DNA from: Ginglymostoma cirratum
Taxonomy: Eukaryota
Direction: 5' to 3'
NCBI GenBank assembly: GCA_024137785.1
Contig: JAHRHZ010000004.1
Coordinates: forward strand, 24,121,205 to 24,185,204
Length of the DNA stretch: 64,000 nucleotides
Of the stretch, positions 49,500-63,020 are shown piece after piece; position 1 is the first letter of the stretch; each line of letters begins with the position of its first letter. A program made the position numbers and the translations under genes. The notes beneath the pieces are model-generated. The model did not search any database and was not told the DNA's origin. It saw nothing but the letters and a program-made list of their open reading frames with translations.

Positions 49500-51500
49500 G
49501 GAAAATTCCATATTTGTCCATAGCATTCTCCATTTAACAGATGTTCACTTATGTTCACTTAAACCTATCTCCATCTCTTTGCAAACTCCTTATACTTTTT
49601 TCTTTACAAGTTTCTTTTTTATACATCATTCTGGCCTTAGTAAATTTAACAACTATACCTTCAGGTTGTTCATCCAAATCAATACTGATCACTGTGGCAC
49701 ACTGTTCATACCACAACAAAAAAATTACCCAAGTATTCCTACCCTCTATGTCCTGTTTGCTAACCAATCTTCAACCTAAGCTGATCTTCAATCCTAAACC
49801 CAGTCCTAAATTCCTGCATCAGGACCTTTTATTTTCACAATCACCTTTGATGTGGTACCTTCGCAAATATCTTCTGGAAATTTAAGCACAGTATATCCAA
49901 TGTTCCCTTTTATCTGCAACACATGTTATTTCTTTAAAGAATTCCAAATAGATTGGTTTCAACAAAACCATGTTGACTTTGCCTGATTGCTTTGAGTTTA
50001 TAGATGTGTTCTACTAATAATATCTTTAACAATAAATTCTAACATTATCCCTATTACAGATGTTAAACCAATTGATCAATAGTTTCCCAAATTCTGTCTC
50101 CTGTTTTTGAATACAAGAACTGCATTTCATAAGTTCCAACCTAAATGAACCATTTCCAAATACAGGCACGTTAGGAAAATTAAAACCAATGCATCAACTA
50201 TCTCACTTGTCACTAATGTGTGGACCCTATTATTAAATCCATCAAGACTCAAGAACTTGTCAGGCTTCAGCTCCAACAATTTACACAGTGACACTTCCCT
50301 GGTGATTGTAAGTTTCTTAACATCCTCCCTCGCTTCCATTTCCTGATTTACAGCTGTTTCTGGGATACTACTTGTATTCTGGATCATGAAGATTGATACA
50401 AAATGCCTATTGAATTCATCTGCCATCTCCCTATTTTCCTTCATTAATTCCCCAGGCTCACTTTATATAGCACTGATGCTCACTTCACAAACTATTTTCT
50501 TTTTTGATGTATCTATGTAAACTCTTACTATCTGCTTAAACTTTCTCTCACATTATAATTTTCCTTCATTATTAATTTTTTAATCATTTTTTTTTTCATA
50601 CTCTGTCTAATCTTCAGAACTGCCACCATTCTTTGTATGACTATGTGTATTTTCTTTAAGTTTGATTTCATCTTTACATTTTTGTTTGACCGCAGCCTGC
50701 AGGAACTCCACTGAGAATTTTTCTTCCTCACTGAAATGTATCTCTTGTGAGTATTCTTCAATATCCCCTTAAATATTTGTTACCAAATCTCTCTTGACCC
50801 ATCCATTGAACAAATTTACCAGTTCCCTTTAGCTAGTTTTGTCTTGCCCTCACAATTGGCACTATTTAAGTTTAGATACTTGTCTTGGACCCATTCTTCT
50901 CTCCCTCAAACTGAAAGTAAAATTCTATCATACTATGATCAGTAATATCCAGGGATGCCTTCATTACGCTTTTGTTAAGTTAACCATTCTCAGTACATAA
51001 CATCAGTTCTAGAACAGCCCGCTCTCTGTTTAGTTCCAGAATTTACTGTTCTAGGAAACTCTCCCAAAAATATGCTACAAACTCCTCAACTAGGCTACCA
51101 TTTGATTTCTTCAAGACCTATTATCGTTGCTTGCTTTACATTTTGTCCTCCTGCATTGTTACTCTTAAGCGTCTTGTAAACAATTTCCACTAGCGATTTC
51201 CTGACTTTATCATTTTTCATCAAACATAGGTCATTTTTCTCTTGTGCTAATGCCATTATTATTTAACAGAGTGAACTCTCCATCTTTTTTGAGTTCCTGT
51301 CCTTCCTAAATGTCACGGACCCTACAGTATTTAGATCCCTATCTACATTATCCTGCAGCCATGGTTCTGTAAAGACTATCAGATCATACTTATTTATTTT
51401 CATTTGTGCTATCAGTTCATGTGTTTTTGTTTCAAGCATGTGCATCAGGTACAAAGCCTTTTGTTCAGTTCTTTTATTATTTCTGTAACTTTTCATTTTA
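49500..51500 (-). mobile_element. Degenerate CR1 ORF2 (APE plus RT)
   Basis: KTHELIAQMKINKYDLIVFTEPWLQ (APE), EMADEFNRHFVSIF, LKPDKFLSLDG. Confidence 0.8.
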
Positions 51501-53929
51501 TTTGTAGATGTAATTCTTAGATTTGGACTCTCTATCCCTTTCTGTCATCGTCTATTTATCATCTTCCACATTAATACCTTTCTCTCTGGTCTTGCCTCTA
51601 GTCTTTGATTTATCACATCTTCTCAAATTTGCCCTCAATATTTCACTTAGAACCATCTCTATTTCCCTGGTGATGTTGCTTGCAAGAACATTAGTCCCAG
51701 CATGGTTCTGGTGTAGAGTGTCGCAGATCAATTGGGTTTATCATCATTGATCATAGTTGATGATGTCGTTTCAATCTTTCTATGTCTAATCACTCTAAAA
51801 TAACTTAATAATTCTCTGTCCCAACTTTGATTTGTTCTCTTTTTCTACTTCCTCATCATTTACTTCTCTTCCATTCCTGACTCTCTGCCACTTACTCTCA
51901 TTCAGAACAACCTTTTCCATTCCTGGATGGAATGGGGGATTATAAGACTGAAGAAGTGCCTCCTTCCATCTCTCCCGCACCACCACAGCCCCTCACTCAT
52001 CCAACCTCCCTCACCCCTAAACACAACTAATCACCTCACGTATCACAGTGCAGAAAATAGCTTGGGCAATGAAGAATCAAAATTTAGATTAAGATTAGCT
52101 TTAGACTTTATTGTAATGTGTACTCAAGTACAAATGTACAGGAGTACAGTGAAAAGTTTTTAATGTCACCATACACTGCGCCATCTTAGGTACAAGTACC
52201 TAGGCACAAAAGCTTAAGAACAAGAAATAAAGAACAAAATTAAAAGCTAAACATTACAGTGACACCTAATACAGCATAAAAAGAAATAAGGTTAAAAGTT
52301 AAAAATTACAATCTAAGTATTAAGTTGAAAAATTAAAAAAAAGCTAAATGTTCAATCATTGCCATCTTTCTTAAATTCTTAGTCATGCTGGAACTGCAGT
52401 TCCTACAAGGGCTCGACCTCTTCTGCTTTGGCATGCTTTCCCCATGCTGGCTCGATCTCCCCTGCTCTTGTTGTCGCTGCAGATGTTGGGGAAGTCTCCA
52501 TCACCACGTTGGATCTCAAACCGCCAAAGCCCTTTATCAGTATTCAATGTACAGTGAAGGTCCTGCATACAGAACACTCAATTTTATTTAAATATTAAAG
52601 CAAATCTTCCTACAAAGGCCTGTGCTCACCCATGGGATGGGACAGAGCTACAAAGACAATGTTTATGCAGCGATTCTGGATTATTTGAAATAAGTTGAAT
52701 AGGACATTTTTTGCTGTGATTGTAACATCAGTCTCAATTGACACAAAGATGAGACGAGGAATGGTGAAGTGTTACAGAGAAATGGTAAAATTGTCTTAAA
52801 AAGAAGCAAAGTCTTGAGGGAAAGTGCTTTTATGCTCAAGAGATAAAAAGGAAATCCTGATATCTTTGGGTGACTTTTCATCATTGGCACTCGCTGCTCC
52901 AGAGTGTCCTTTCCTAAAGGCTCCTGTTGGAAATTCAAGTGGGTGACTCAGTCTGGTCCATGGATAGCATTGAGACAAATGGCTATCAGTTTGCTTGTTA
53001 ATGAATTGGAGTTTCCATACCATGATGAAGGGTTATACTGAAGGTCAGATTTCCAGTGACCCAAAATAGACATTCAAAACTCTCACTTCTCTATGCAGTT
53101 CAGATGAGACCTTGTAAAATAAAATCCACCTGCTCCCTTCCTCTAAAGTAGGCTTGTTTCCATTACTCATTATCCTAGCTTCTGGTTACAGACCTGCCTA
53201 ATGGCGCTAATCGTTTGTCAACAAACAAAGTAGTTATTTGCTATTTTCATTCTGGGTATCAATTTTCTTCCAGACGTGAGGGAACACAGATTGGCTTGCC
53301 CACCTGACCTGGTTTGTAGGGTGACACCATGGACCAGAATCCTTTTTTCTCTTTCGGTGAGGTGTTGGCCCTACTGACAAAACCAGCATTTGTTGCCCAT
53401 TCCCAATGACCCTTGAACTGAATGGTTTGCTGTCCATTTCCAAGGGAAATTAAGAGCCAACTACATTGCCGTGCCTCTGTAGTCACACATGGGCTGGACC
53501 AGGTCAGGACATTTATTTTCCTTTCCAAAAAACATGAGTGAACAAGCTGAATTTTATGCCAATTAACCTTGGTTTCACGATCACCAGTTGATTTGTTTTT
53601 ATCTCCAGATTTACTGGCTCATTCACCAGCTGCTGTGATGCTTTGGAACCTCTGATGCCCAGACCATTAGACTGGGCCTCTTCATTGCAAGTTCAGCCAG
53701 TGTCATGCCTCCTCGTATGGAGAGTCAGAATGAAGTTATGTGAATTTTGGAACTTATGAAAAGTTGTCATCTTGGGGAAGCATGTTCATAAAGACCGAAG
53801 GCAACGTGCAATCCAATGGGATAATGGCTTGAAATGGCATCTGAAGATTGGCACTCTTCACCATCCCTATCTTGTCAATCAGAGACGTTCTGGGATGAGG
53901 GAGAAAAAAGGATGAGGATTCGATTTGTA

Positions 53930-54590
53930 AGTATTCTGACCATCAGTCCTTCCAGCCCCACCAATGGCCACAGCCTCAGTGATACCTTGTCTCATGATGG
54001 CCAGCATTGTCTCCTCCGTGGGAGGTGAGGTTTAAAAAGTGCAGCCTATTTATCCCTTCGAGTTGTTTTCTCCTGCCTCTTATTATAATGTGCCATCATC
54101 TCTTGAAAGAAAGAGTAGTGTGGCAGTGAATATACTGCCTCGGAGAATTGGATGCCAAGCAGATGAACTGTCACTGTAGGCGAGCTATGACTTGTATGTG
54201 TAAGGATCACAGTAAGACTAAGTGTATGGGCATGGGGTACATTATAAGTTTTGAACCGCTGAGCACTGATTGATGGAGATGATTGGTGGGTGGGTGGTAC
54301 AGTGTCATAGACTGAGCAGAGGGTGAGGCTATTGGTGCAGCTGGTGAGATGAGCCAATTGAAGATTGTTCTTACTCACCTTGACAATTTGTGAAGATCAT
54401 CAAACCTTCTTCTTGTGCTGAACCCGTGCTCTTGGAGCTACTTTACTGCATTGACTTCCACCATTAGTTCTTCCCACTGCCTGCCAGCATATTCTGAATG
54501 GGGTCCTGCTTGCCTTTCCTGCTCTCCACATGTTGTACTCAGGCCTCCAGAGCACCATCTGAAAACCATGCTGCAGGCTGTCATGCAGGA
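53930..54590 (-). pseudogene. PIF/Harbinger Myb/SANT (trihelix) DNA-binding gene fossil, two exons
   Basis: Exon A (about 54379-54590), across frameshifts: AAWFSDGALEA*VQHVESRK..RQWEELMVEVNAV..APRARVQHKKK.FDDL, then a GTGAGT donor. Exon B (about 53930-54102): EMMAHYNKRQEKT..PTEETMLAIMRQGITEAVAIGG. Confidence 0.65.
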
Positions 54591-54959
54591 GGAGACAGAA
54601 TGACAAAAGAAATGGCAAAATTAATTAATTTCCAGACACTGTTTCCATCAGCCACGATGCTCCTCCCTTTAAGAGGTACAGACTGCCTTTAAGTAACACT
54701 AGCAATTCACAATATTGAGACCCTGCTGCTGTGTGCAGTCAGCGAACAGTGCGGGGAGTGCTGCCTGCATGCAGCAATTATAGAAAACAGCAGGAAGCAC
54801 GAATTCAATGTCTTGTCTGCAAAACAATGAATGGGCCTGTGTTAATTCTGCATCACAATTCTTGTACCTGCTTTCGGGCCTTATCGAATTCACCCTCCCA
54901 TTCCCCACAGTCTCCAACCTGCACTAGTACTCATGGCATTTCTGTTGCAGTTGAGATTT

Positions 54960-55900
54960 CAGTTAATGGTGACTCCCAGTGTCTTGATGAAGTGACACTC
55001 AGTGATGGTAATTCTGTTAAATGTCAAGGTTAGATTATTTCTTGTTGGAGAGGGTCATTGCCTGACACGTCAATGTTACTTTATGATCCCAAGTCTGGAA
55101 GTTGTTCAGACATGTAGCGTATGAGCACAGTCCACTTCATTATCTCAGGAATCTTAAAAGGAACAGAAAGTGCACAATGATTAGCAACATTCCTATGTCT
55201 TATTGAGGAGGGAAGAATGAAGCAGCCTAAGATGGTTAGGCCTAGAACATTACTTTTAGCAATTCCTGCAGCAAAGTCCTGAGGCTGCGAATATTGACCA
55301 GAGAAGAACACTTTCCCTGAGCTCCATTGTCATCTATTTTACTTGGGTCACTTAATGCCAGGTATATTTGATCAAATGCCGCCTTGATGCTAAGCATGGT
55401 CATTCATGCCTCTGTTCTGAAATGTTGCTCTCTTGTTCATTTTGGGACCAAAGCTGTAATGAGGTCTGAGATGAGTAGCTTTGGAGAAACCCAAAATAAG
55501 CACCAAGGAGCAGATTAATTGTCCTCCACTATTTTGTAATCACAGATATACCAGGACTGCAGATCTTTAACCAGTTCAGATGATTGCAGATAACTTTGCT
55601 GTGTGTAGATATTTTCTAATCAACCTGTTCAGAGATGTTAATACACACCTTTGGAATAAGTAGGACCTGAACTTAGGTCTCCCAACTCAGAGCTAGGGAC
55701 ACTGCCACTGTGCCACAAGAGTGCTATAGGATGTTGATTCTGCTCTTTTGCTTGCATGTAGCCTTGCATTATGGCTTCACCAGGTTAGCGCCACATTTTT
55801 AACTATGATTGGTTCTGCATCTGGCATACTTCTACATTTCGCATTGAACCAAAGTTGGTCATTGGCTTTTAGAATGAGCCTTTAGGTTACAACTGCTGCC
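54960..55900 (-). mobile_element. Degenerate second-family LINE fragment
   Basis: Shares blocks with 2058-2670 (gctgtaatgaggtc.., tcaaatgccgccttgatg). Confidence 0.5.
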
Positions 55901-57199
55901 AATTTCCAAGGATGCCAATTTTTGAACTGCTAGATCTGTTCTCAATCAACGCCACAGTACAGTTATGGTGTCAAATGACCACAAGGAGGTTGTTCACAAT
56001 GTGCAAACAAAACTTGGTCTCCACAATGACTGTGCGGTTTTCAATCCTGTGATAACCCCATTAGTCAGCTGGCAAAGAAAGAAACCAGAATTAGGCTTTA
56101 CTTGGAATAGATTAACTCACAATGTAATGCAGTACAGGTATATATCTCCAGACTCCACACTCCTCCTGTATTCATTTGTATCATGTAACCATCTGATAAA
56201 TGGCCACCACATTTATATACTTCACCTCAATTGATACAGTTAACAACCTAATGCTGACCTGACATACACATATGTGACAGGTAGGTTATTGACATGGAGG
56301 TCAAATAAGTTATGGCTTCAAGTTATTTCTCTCACCGTGAGCCACAAATCCAGATGGTTGCAGGGTCCAACAGCTCTAGGAAGATTGATCAGTAGAGGTA
56401 CTATCAAGCTATTCTCAGGAATAGAAAAGAGTAAAGATATTTAAAAAAGTTGAACAAGCTACAACTGATGACAAGATTTTCCAATGACTCACAAATAACT
56501 ATTGTGGTTTCTCCTGCCAGACCACTTGTTATACACATGGAAGTGAGATATATAAACTGGGAGTGTCACTGGCTCAGGCTCCAGAACATTCACTAATCTC
56601 AACAGTAGGGTGATTGTATTTGATCTCAGAAGCCGAGACTGAGAGAGAGGAAATAACTAGGGTGTTGGGTTTTAGATTGCTGTGCTGCGATAGACGCTAA
56701 AAGTGTGTGCATAGGCATCTAATGGGGATCAGGCTGAACTGTGATTTCGCTCATAGTCAAGAAGACAACTGCCACAAGGATGAGTTTAACTCTCCAAGCA
56801 ACTCACCTGAGAGCTACCACTACTCCCCTTCTCCCCTGGCTGATGTGCCACCCAAAATCCACTTTCACTTGCCAAGCTCCACCAATTTTAGACAGGGACA
56901 GCTGATCAGGAAAGTATACGAGGTGGGAACTAACATTGCCAGGACTTTAATGTTGCCAAGGACCAGGAAGGACTAGCATCCACTTTGCCCCCTGCCCACC
57001 TGAAGTGAATTACAATCACGTTGTAATGGCCTGGACACGCCTGAAGAGCAAGCAACTCAGAGGACAGGGACTGGCATACCTTTTTGGGTGAGTGGGAAGA
57101 ATGTTGAAAGAATAGGATGAGGAATCATTGGAGCATATTGATGTCTGAGGAAACATATTCATTAAATGTGCATGTACTCAGGAGAATATTAAATGCCGA

Positions 57200-57395
57200 T
57201 GTGGGACATTGCAATATATCTATCAGGCTTGCATTTGATTGTAGCCCAGACTCATTGGGTTAAAGTCTTTTTAATGGCCCTAAGTGAAATGTATTGGTGG
57301 TACTTAAAGCTCTGGCTCCCTGTGGGTGCAAATCCATTGCACTGCATGGTCATAACTCACATTAATTGGCACCAAATTGGCAGACAGGCCAGGTG
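57200..57395 (+). mobile_element. Ancient LF-SINE-like fragment
   Basis: tggccctaagtgaaatgtattggtggt and cacattaattggcaccaaattggcag resemble LF-SINE consensus blocks as I recall them. Confidence 0.4.
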
Positions 57396-59179
57396 GATGT
57401 CACACGAAGGAACTGAAACCATCATGCTGGTATACTAAGAAGGCGAGAGCACTTTATGAAAACACTGATGCTAAATAAAAAAAAATGTATGATATAGCAT
57501 TGGTTGTCTTTACTTTCAATAGTAGCTCTACATTCAAATTATGGATATGATCATTCTCCTGCTCCTCTCGTTTATCAAGATGACGAGGATCAATAGGGGC
57601 TATTCAGTCATGGGGGGAATGGGGGAGCAGCAAAACAGCTGAGCTCCATCCTAACCTTAAGAGATGTACTCACACAGGCGTTTGCGCACACACAGTAATG
57701 TCAGCACGAGAAATCATGGCTAATGGTTCCTTTCTCTTAATCTAGCCTGAGGGCCCTGAAAGAAATTATAAAATGCTCACCCTCACTGCGATCAACTAAT
57801 TCAATGCATTCTTGGGATCCAAAACTGAGTGTTTCCTGATTTAACATCACAGGACTCGTACCAAACCAAGTCACCAGCTGAGCTAAAATATACAAAACAT
57901 TTTACCAATAGGAAATAATTTTAACTCGATATAAGAGCAGAGTGGTCAGTGGGGATTTTAATTTTTATACATGCATTTGTCCAATCATGAGGTAGTTGTA
58001 TAGTCTCAGGAATATATACACAATGCCACAAATTAACGATGTAACATATATGCAAAAAAAATGAAGTTTGTGTGGAATTTAATGAAACAAATTTGCTATT
58101 GTGGAACAATGTGCCAGCGTAATGTTATATTTCGGCCAGTGAATCTGGAACATTGTTTCTTGTGGTGAGTCAGAAAACGCTGACTCCATTAGAGAGACTG
58201 ATGCCTTAAGCCTAAATGTGAGAGGACTTGTCAATTCTGGCACATTCGGGAAGTTTGTACTGTATGAAAGGTTTTTAATATATTATGAGTTAATCTCCTG
58301 TGACATTGTACAGGTAGCAAAGACTGATTGGACTCCTCAGGTAAAGTATATGGAGGATAATCGACTGAAAGTTGAAGGAGGACTAACACTAGAGGCCAAA
58401 AGATGCTACATGGGTTTCAGCAGTTGTTTAAGCAGTAACATTTTTAGCCCCGTGTCTGAAAGTGATGGGTTGAAATCCCACTCTGGGATTTCAACATAAA
58501 ACCTTGTCTAGCGCTGCAGCTGTAGAGTGCTTTGGGATGTCCTGATTGATTTGATATCTGAGACCTGGGAGTTGTTTCTTCATAAACAGCCAACACTGTG
58601 AATCTTGATCTGTTCTAGCCTTTTGATCTGCTGGAAACACAGTGATGGGCTTTTACCTACAGCAGGGCTTTTGTATCTGATGAGGTGATACTCAATGTTC
58701 ACTTCTATAAATAACATCTAGGTATGGGTCATGTAGCACTGACAGCTTCCACTGATGTTTATTATAGTTTCTCAAGTCTACATATTTTACAATCATAGGC
58801 ATTGCCCTGTCTGGGCTAGTACTGAGCAATTTGAAAATTGTTACACACTTCTAGCACACAGTGTGTCATACTGCCAGTGGCCCTAGTAACATAGAGGCTG
58901 GGATCTTTATACCATCAGGTCACATGGAGTGATATGGTGATGATATCATAAGCATATCTCTGCAAGGTATATTGTACGTGAGCTGTGAAGCGTTCCACAA
59001 CAATGAAGTTGTGAAAGTTGCTGCATAAATGCAAGTTCTTTCTTTTAATGCGGAGGTTGGTGCAGTGTGAGGGAGGGAGAGCAGTCTGTGGTCAGGCTGA
59101 TGGTAATTGGGGAGGAAAGCAGAACAGGATGGAAGAGATAATAAAAAGTGAGGTTTCGAATCTCATGTTGACTTTGCTT

Positions 59180-59350
59180 TTACGCACCTCCTGTGCAGTT
59201 GTAACTTTGTATGCCTCGCTCTGTCTAAGTACCTTATGATCTGTATGTCCTTGTTTGCTAATGATCTGCCTTTACTGCTCGCGGAACAAAATTTCACATT
59301 GTACGCAGGTACGTGTGACAATGATAAATTAAATCAAATCAAATAAAATC
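59180..59350 (+). mobile_element. LINE 3' end (Rex1/Babar-like) with (aaatc)n tail
   Basis: ..cattgtacgcaggtacgtgtgacaatgataaattaaatcaaatcaaat. Confidence 0.45.
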
Positions 59351-59724
59351 AAATAATAAGAAATCGAACCACTTTAGAAAAAAACTGTTGCTTGAGAGGG
59401 TTATGAGGAAAGTGGAGCAGTGTTTGAAAGAGATAAAGCAGAACAAGGTTACTTTGGGTCAGAAACTGGAGATGAGGACAACAAGATGGTGGAACATAGT
59501 AAAGGATAAAGATGTTGAAGTGTGAGTAACTACAGCAGTTTGGATACAATGGCCATTTGTCTTATGAAAGCCCTTGAATACTCAATAACAATGCACAGCT
59601 GAGAAAGCTGGACCAATAAGAACAGCGATGAGACTTCAGTAAGAATATTTGAAACTAAAGGACTAAGATGGATATTATGCAGCCATCGAAAATGTGTGAG
59701 TTCTAGAGAAAGATGGTGTTAAGA

Positions 59725-61245
59725 AATATAGAAAATAGGAGCAGGAGTAGGCCATTTAGCCCTTCAAGTCTGTTCTACCTTTCAAATAGAATACGTATTC
59801 ATGGAGCATAGGCATTACTGGCTAGGCCAGCATTTATTACCCATCCCTAAATAACCAGAAGGTGGTTAAGATTCAACCACACTGCTGTGGGTCTGGAGTT
59901 ATGTTTAGGTCAGACCAGGTAAGGATGGCAGTTTCCTTCCCTGAAGGGCATCAGTGATTGAGATGGGCTTTTCCTGACAATTGACAATGATTTCATGGTC
60001 AGCATTAGTCTCTTAAATCCAGATTTTTATTGAATTTATCCACCTGCCCTGGCTGGATTCAAACCTGGTCACCATCACAGATCCTGGATTTCTGGGGTGA
60101 TAGTCTAGCGATAATATTACTAGGCCTTCACTGATCCTCTTCCTACTTTTCTTCCTACTTCATCTTCCTACTTTCTCCCCATACCCCTTGATGGGTTTTA
60201 AAATCTAATCTTTTTTGTATGTTTTTAGGGACTTGGCCTCTACAGCCTTTTATATTATAGAATTCCACAGGTTCCCTACTCTTTGAGTAAAGAAATTTTC
60301 CTCATGCCAGTCTTAAATGGTCTGTCCCATATCCTGAGATTGTCACCTTGTTCTAGATTCCCCAACAAGAGAAAACATCTCTGCATCTTGTCTGTCCAGC
60401 CCTGTTAGACTTGTACACGTTTCAATTAGAACCCCTCTCATTCTTCTACACTCTAGTGAACACAAGTCCAGTCGAACCCATCTCTCCTCATTGGACAGTC
60501 CTACCAATCTGGTTGTCAGCCTCGTGAACTCTGCTGCTCTCCCTCAATGGCAGATATATCCTTTCTTAGGGGAGACCAAAACTGCATGCAATACACCACA
60601 TTTGGTCTCATCGAGGCAATCCAAATCTGCAGCAAAACATTCCTACCTCTGCACTCAGATCCTTCGGCCATGAAGGCCAGTTAACCATTGCCTTCCTAAT
60701 TGTTTGCTGCACTGTCCAGTCTACTTTCATTGACACCCAGATCCTTTTGTACATCCACATTTCCCAATATGTTTAAATAATAGTCTTCCTTGCTGTTTTT
60801 CACACTGGAGTGCATAAATTTTCATTTAGCCACATTGCACTGCATCTGCCCACTTATTCAACATGTCTAAATCACCTTGAACCCTCTTTTCATCATGGTC
60901 ACAACCCTGCCCAGTTTTGTGACCTCAGCAAACTTCGAAATGTCGCATTTGATTCTCTTATTTAGGTCTTTTATAAATATGCGAATAGCTGGGGCCCAAG
61001 CTCTGAGCCTTGCGATACACCACAGCAATATATTATCCCCTATTCCATGTGCTTTAATTTTGTTCACTATATTTAAGGCTGGCATAGATGAGTCTTGATC
61101 AGTTGGGGGATCATAGTTTATGGGGTAATGGCAGGAGAGTAGATGTGAGGAATACTGGATCAGCCATGATCCTTATGAAAGGTAGACCAGCCTTGAGGGC
61201 TGAATGACCTACACCTGTTCCCATTTTGTATGATCTTATGATCTT
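59725..61245 (-). mobile_element. Degenerate CR1 (-) with nested SINE family B (59795-60130) and an adjoining plus-strand CR1 3' end (about 61065-61245)
   Basis: Peptides KIKAHGIGDNILLW and CDISKFAEVTKLG; (atctt)n tail near 61230-61245. Confidence 0.7.
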
Positions 61246-62785
61246 AAATGAGTCCTGCACATCATATCATCTGCCTCTGCTCCCACCATTATTGGTTCTA
61301 AATGGGCAGAAACCCATCTCCATGTCACTTGGGGCTCACCGTACAGAAATATGAACTTTTATTAGTTTTTCCGCTGGAGGCAGGTTTCTGAAACAGAAAG
61401 AAATTCTGTTCCTGCTTCCCACCTTCAAGGTGAAAATCCATCTCTTAGTTATGTAGCATTCCATTCACAGTAACATGACAAATATCATGGGGCTACTTAA
61501 TATTTTTAATGTTTGAAAGCATTCACAGCTGTGTTTTCTTTTATGGACCAGCTGGCTAAGATTGTTGAATAGTTCAGCGATAGTTTATTGGAATATAACC
61601 CTAGATTCCAAAGAGAAAATTAACATTGCAAACTCCTGATCACTGTGCTGTATCCTTTGTGACAGCCTTAGCTGGTGCGGGGATTGAACTCTTGCTGTTG
61701 GTTTCACTCTGCATCAGAGACCAGCTGTCCAGCCAACTGACCCCCTACTTTAGCAACGGATATATTCGCCTGCAACAACTCAGCCAATTGCCAGCTGGCC
61801 CACATGGCATGTTTTTAACTTAAATATGAGGATTTCTAATTCTTACATTTGACATTTTATTTAACCCAGTTTCAGAAACAAGTGAAACTGTAATCTCAGA
61901 AGTACAAAAAAGTCTATATCTTGCAATTCATTGCAATCAGTTTGTATGTCAATTGCACAAAGCACATTGCTCTTTTCCCATTTGGAATTAATAGATGGAA
62001 AGCTGCATGGCTTGAAGGAAAAAAAGCAAAATTTTTATCTCAATTGTAACTGGCAAATATATAGCACCGATCAGAAAACATATACATATTTATAGATTTA
62101 GATCTTTATACACTTACACTTGAAAATTCATTACTGTGTCAGATTAAAGAAATATTGATAATGGGATGATGGTAACTCCGGTTAGGCAAACATTTATTGT
62201 CCATGTCTAATTTCCCAGAGGGGAGTGAAGAGTCAATCACACTGCTATGGGTCTAGAGTAGCAAAGCAACAAATTTCTTTCCATAAAAGACCTAAGGGCA
62301 CAAAGGAATGTGGCACAAATGTGAACTAAATTACCCACAAGAAGTTCAAAGCAAAGATGCTGTCCATCAGTAGTGTGGCTTTCTGGGATGGAAAGCGAAC
62401 ATTTATGTCCAATGCCTTAACTATAAAGGAAATGCCGAGTTTGTATACACTGACAGTTAGTGTTTGAGAAAATAACATCTGTAAAGTTTCATTCAGGGCA
62501 CATCTGTGAGTGGAATCTTAGAAGGACAATTTTTTACAGGTATTTGCTTCATCCAAATAGTTAATGTACACTTGGCAATTTCCTTTGTATTTTGTACCAC
62601 AGGCATATTGAAACAGACAGTTCGAGAAAAAATGAGCAGGGGAGCTTGATGAGAGAGTGATAAGTGTTTATCTGGGAGCAATATTAATTTTGTTCTGTTT
62701 GCCTTTTACTATCCTTTAATAAAAGGATACAAGTACTTGTGCAGAAGCATTGATGTACACAAAGTAACATTTTTAATGTGTCTTA

Positions 62786-63020
62786 TGAAATAACTCCACA
62801 GAGGCTGGTATCTTGTTACCAACTTACCCTTTATTCACACATGCATACTACTTGACACTGATTCAACTCTGTAAGAGCCAGCTGTCAGGGTGAACAGAAC
62901 CTCTGACACTCCTGTTTATATCTGTCAGCCAGGGGTCTCTAATTGGACCAGGTTAACAACCTTTATCAGGGAACATATATTCTATGAGTCCACCTGGTTG
63001 ACCTCATTCCAATCACTACA
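62786..63020 (-). mobile_element. Probable solo LTR (about 235 bp)
   Basis: TG...CA ends; on the minus strand CCAAT (62942-62946), ATATAAA (62915-62921) and AATAAA (62830-62835) occur in LTR order. The TSD is not clean. Confidence 0.5.
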
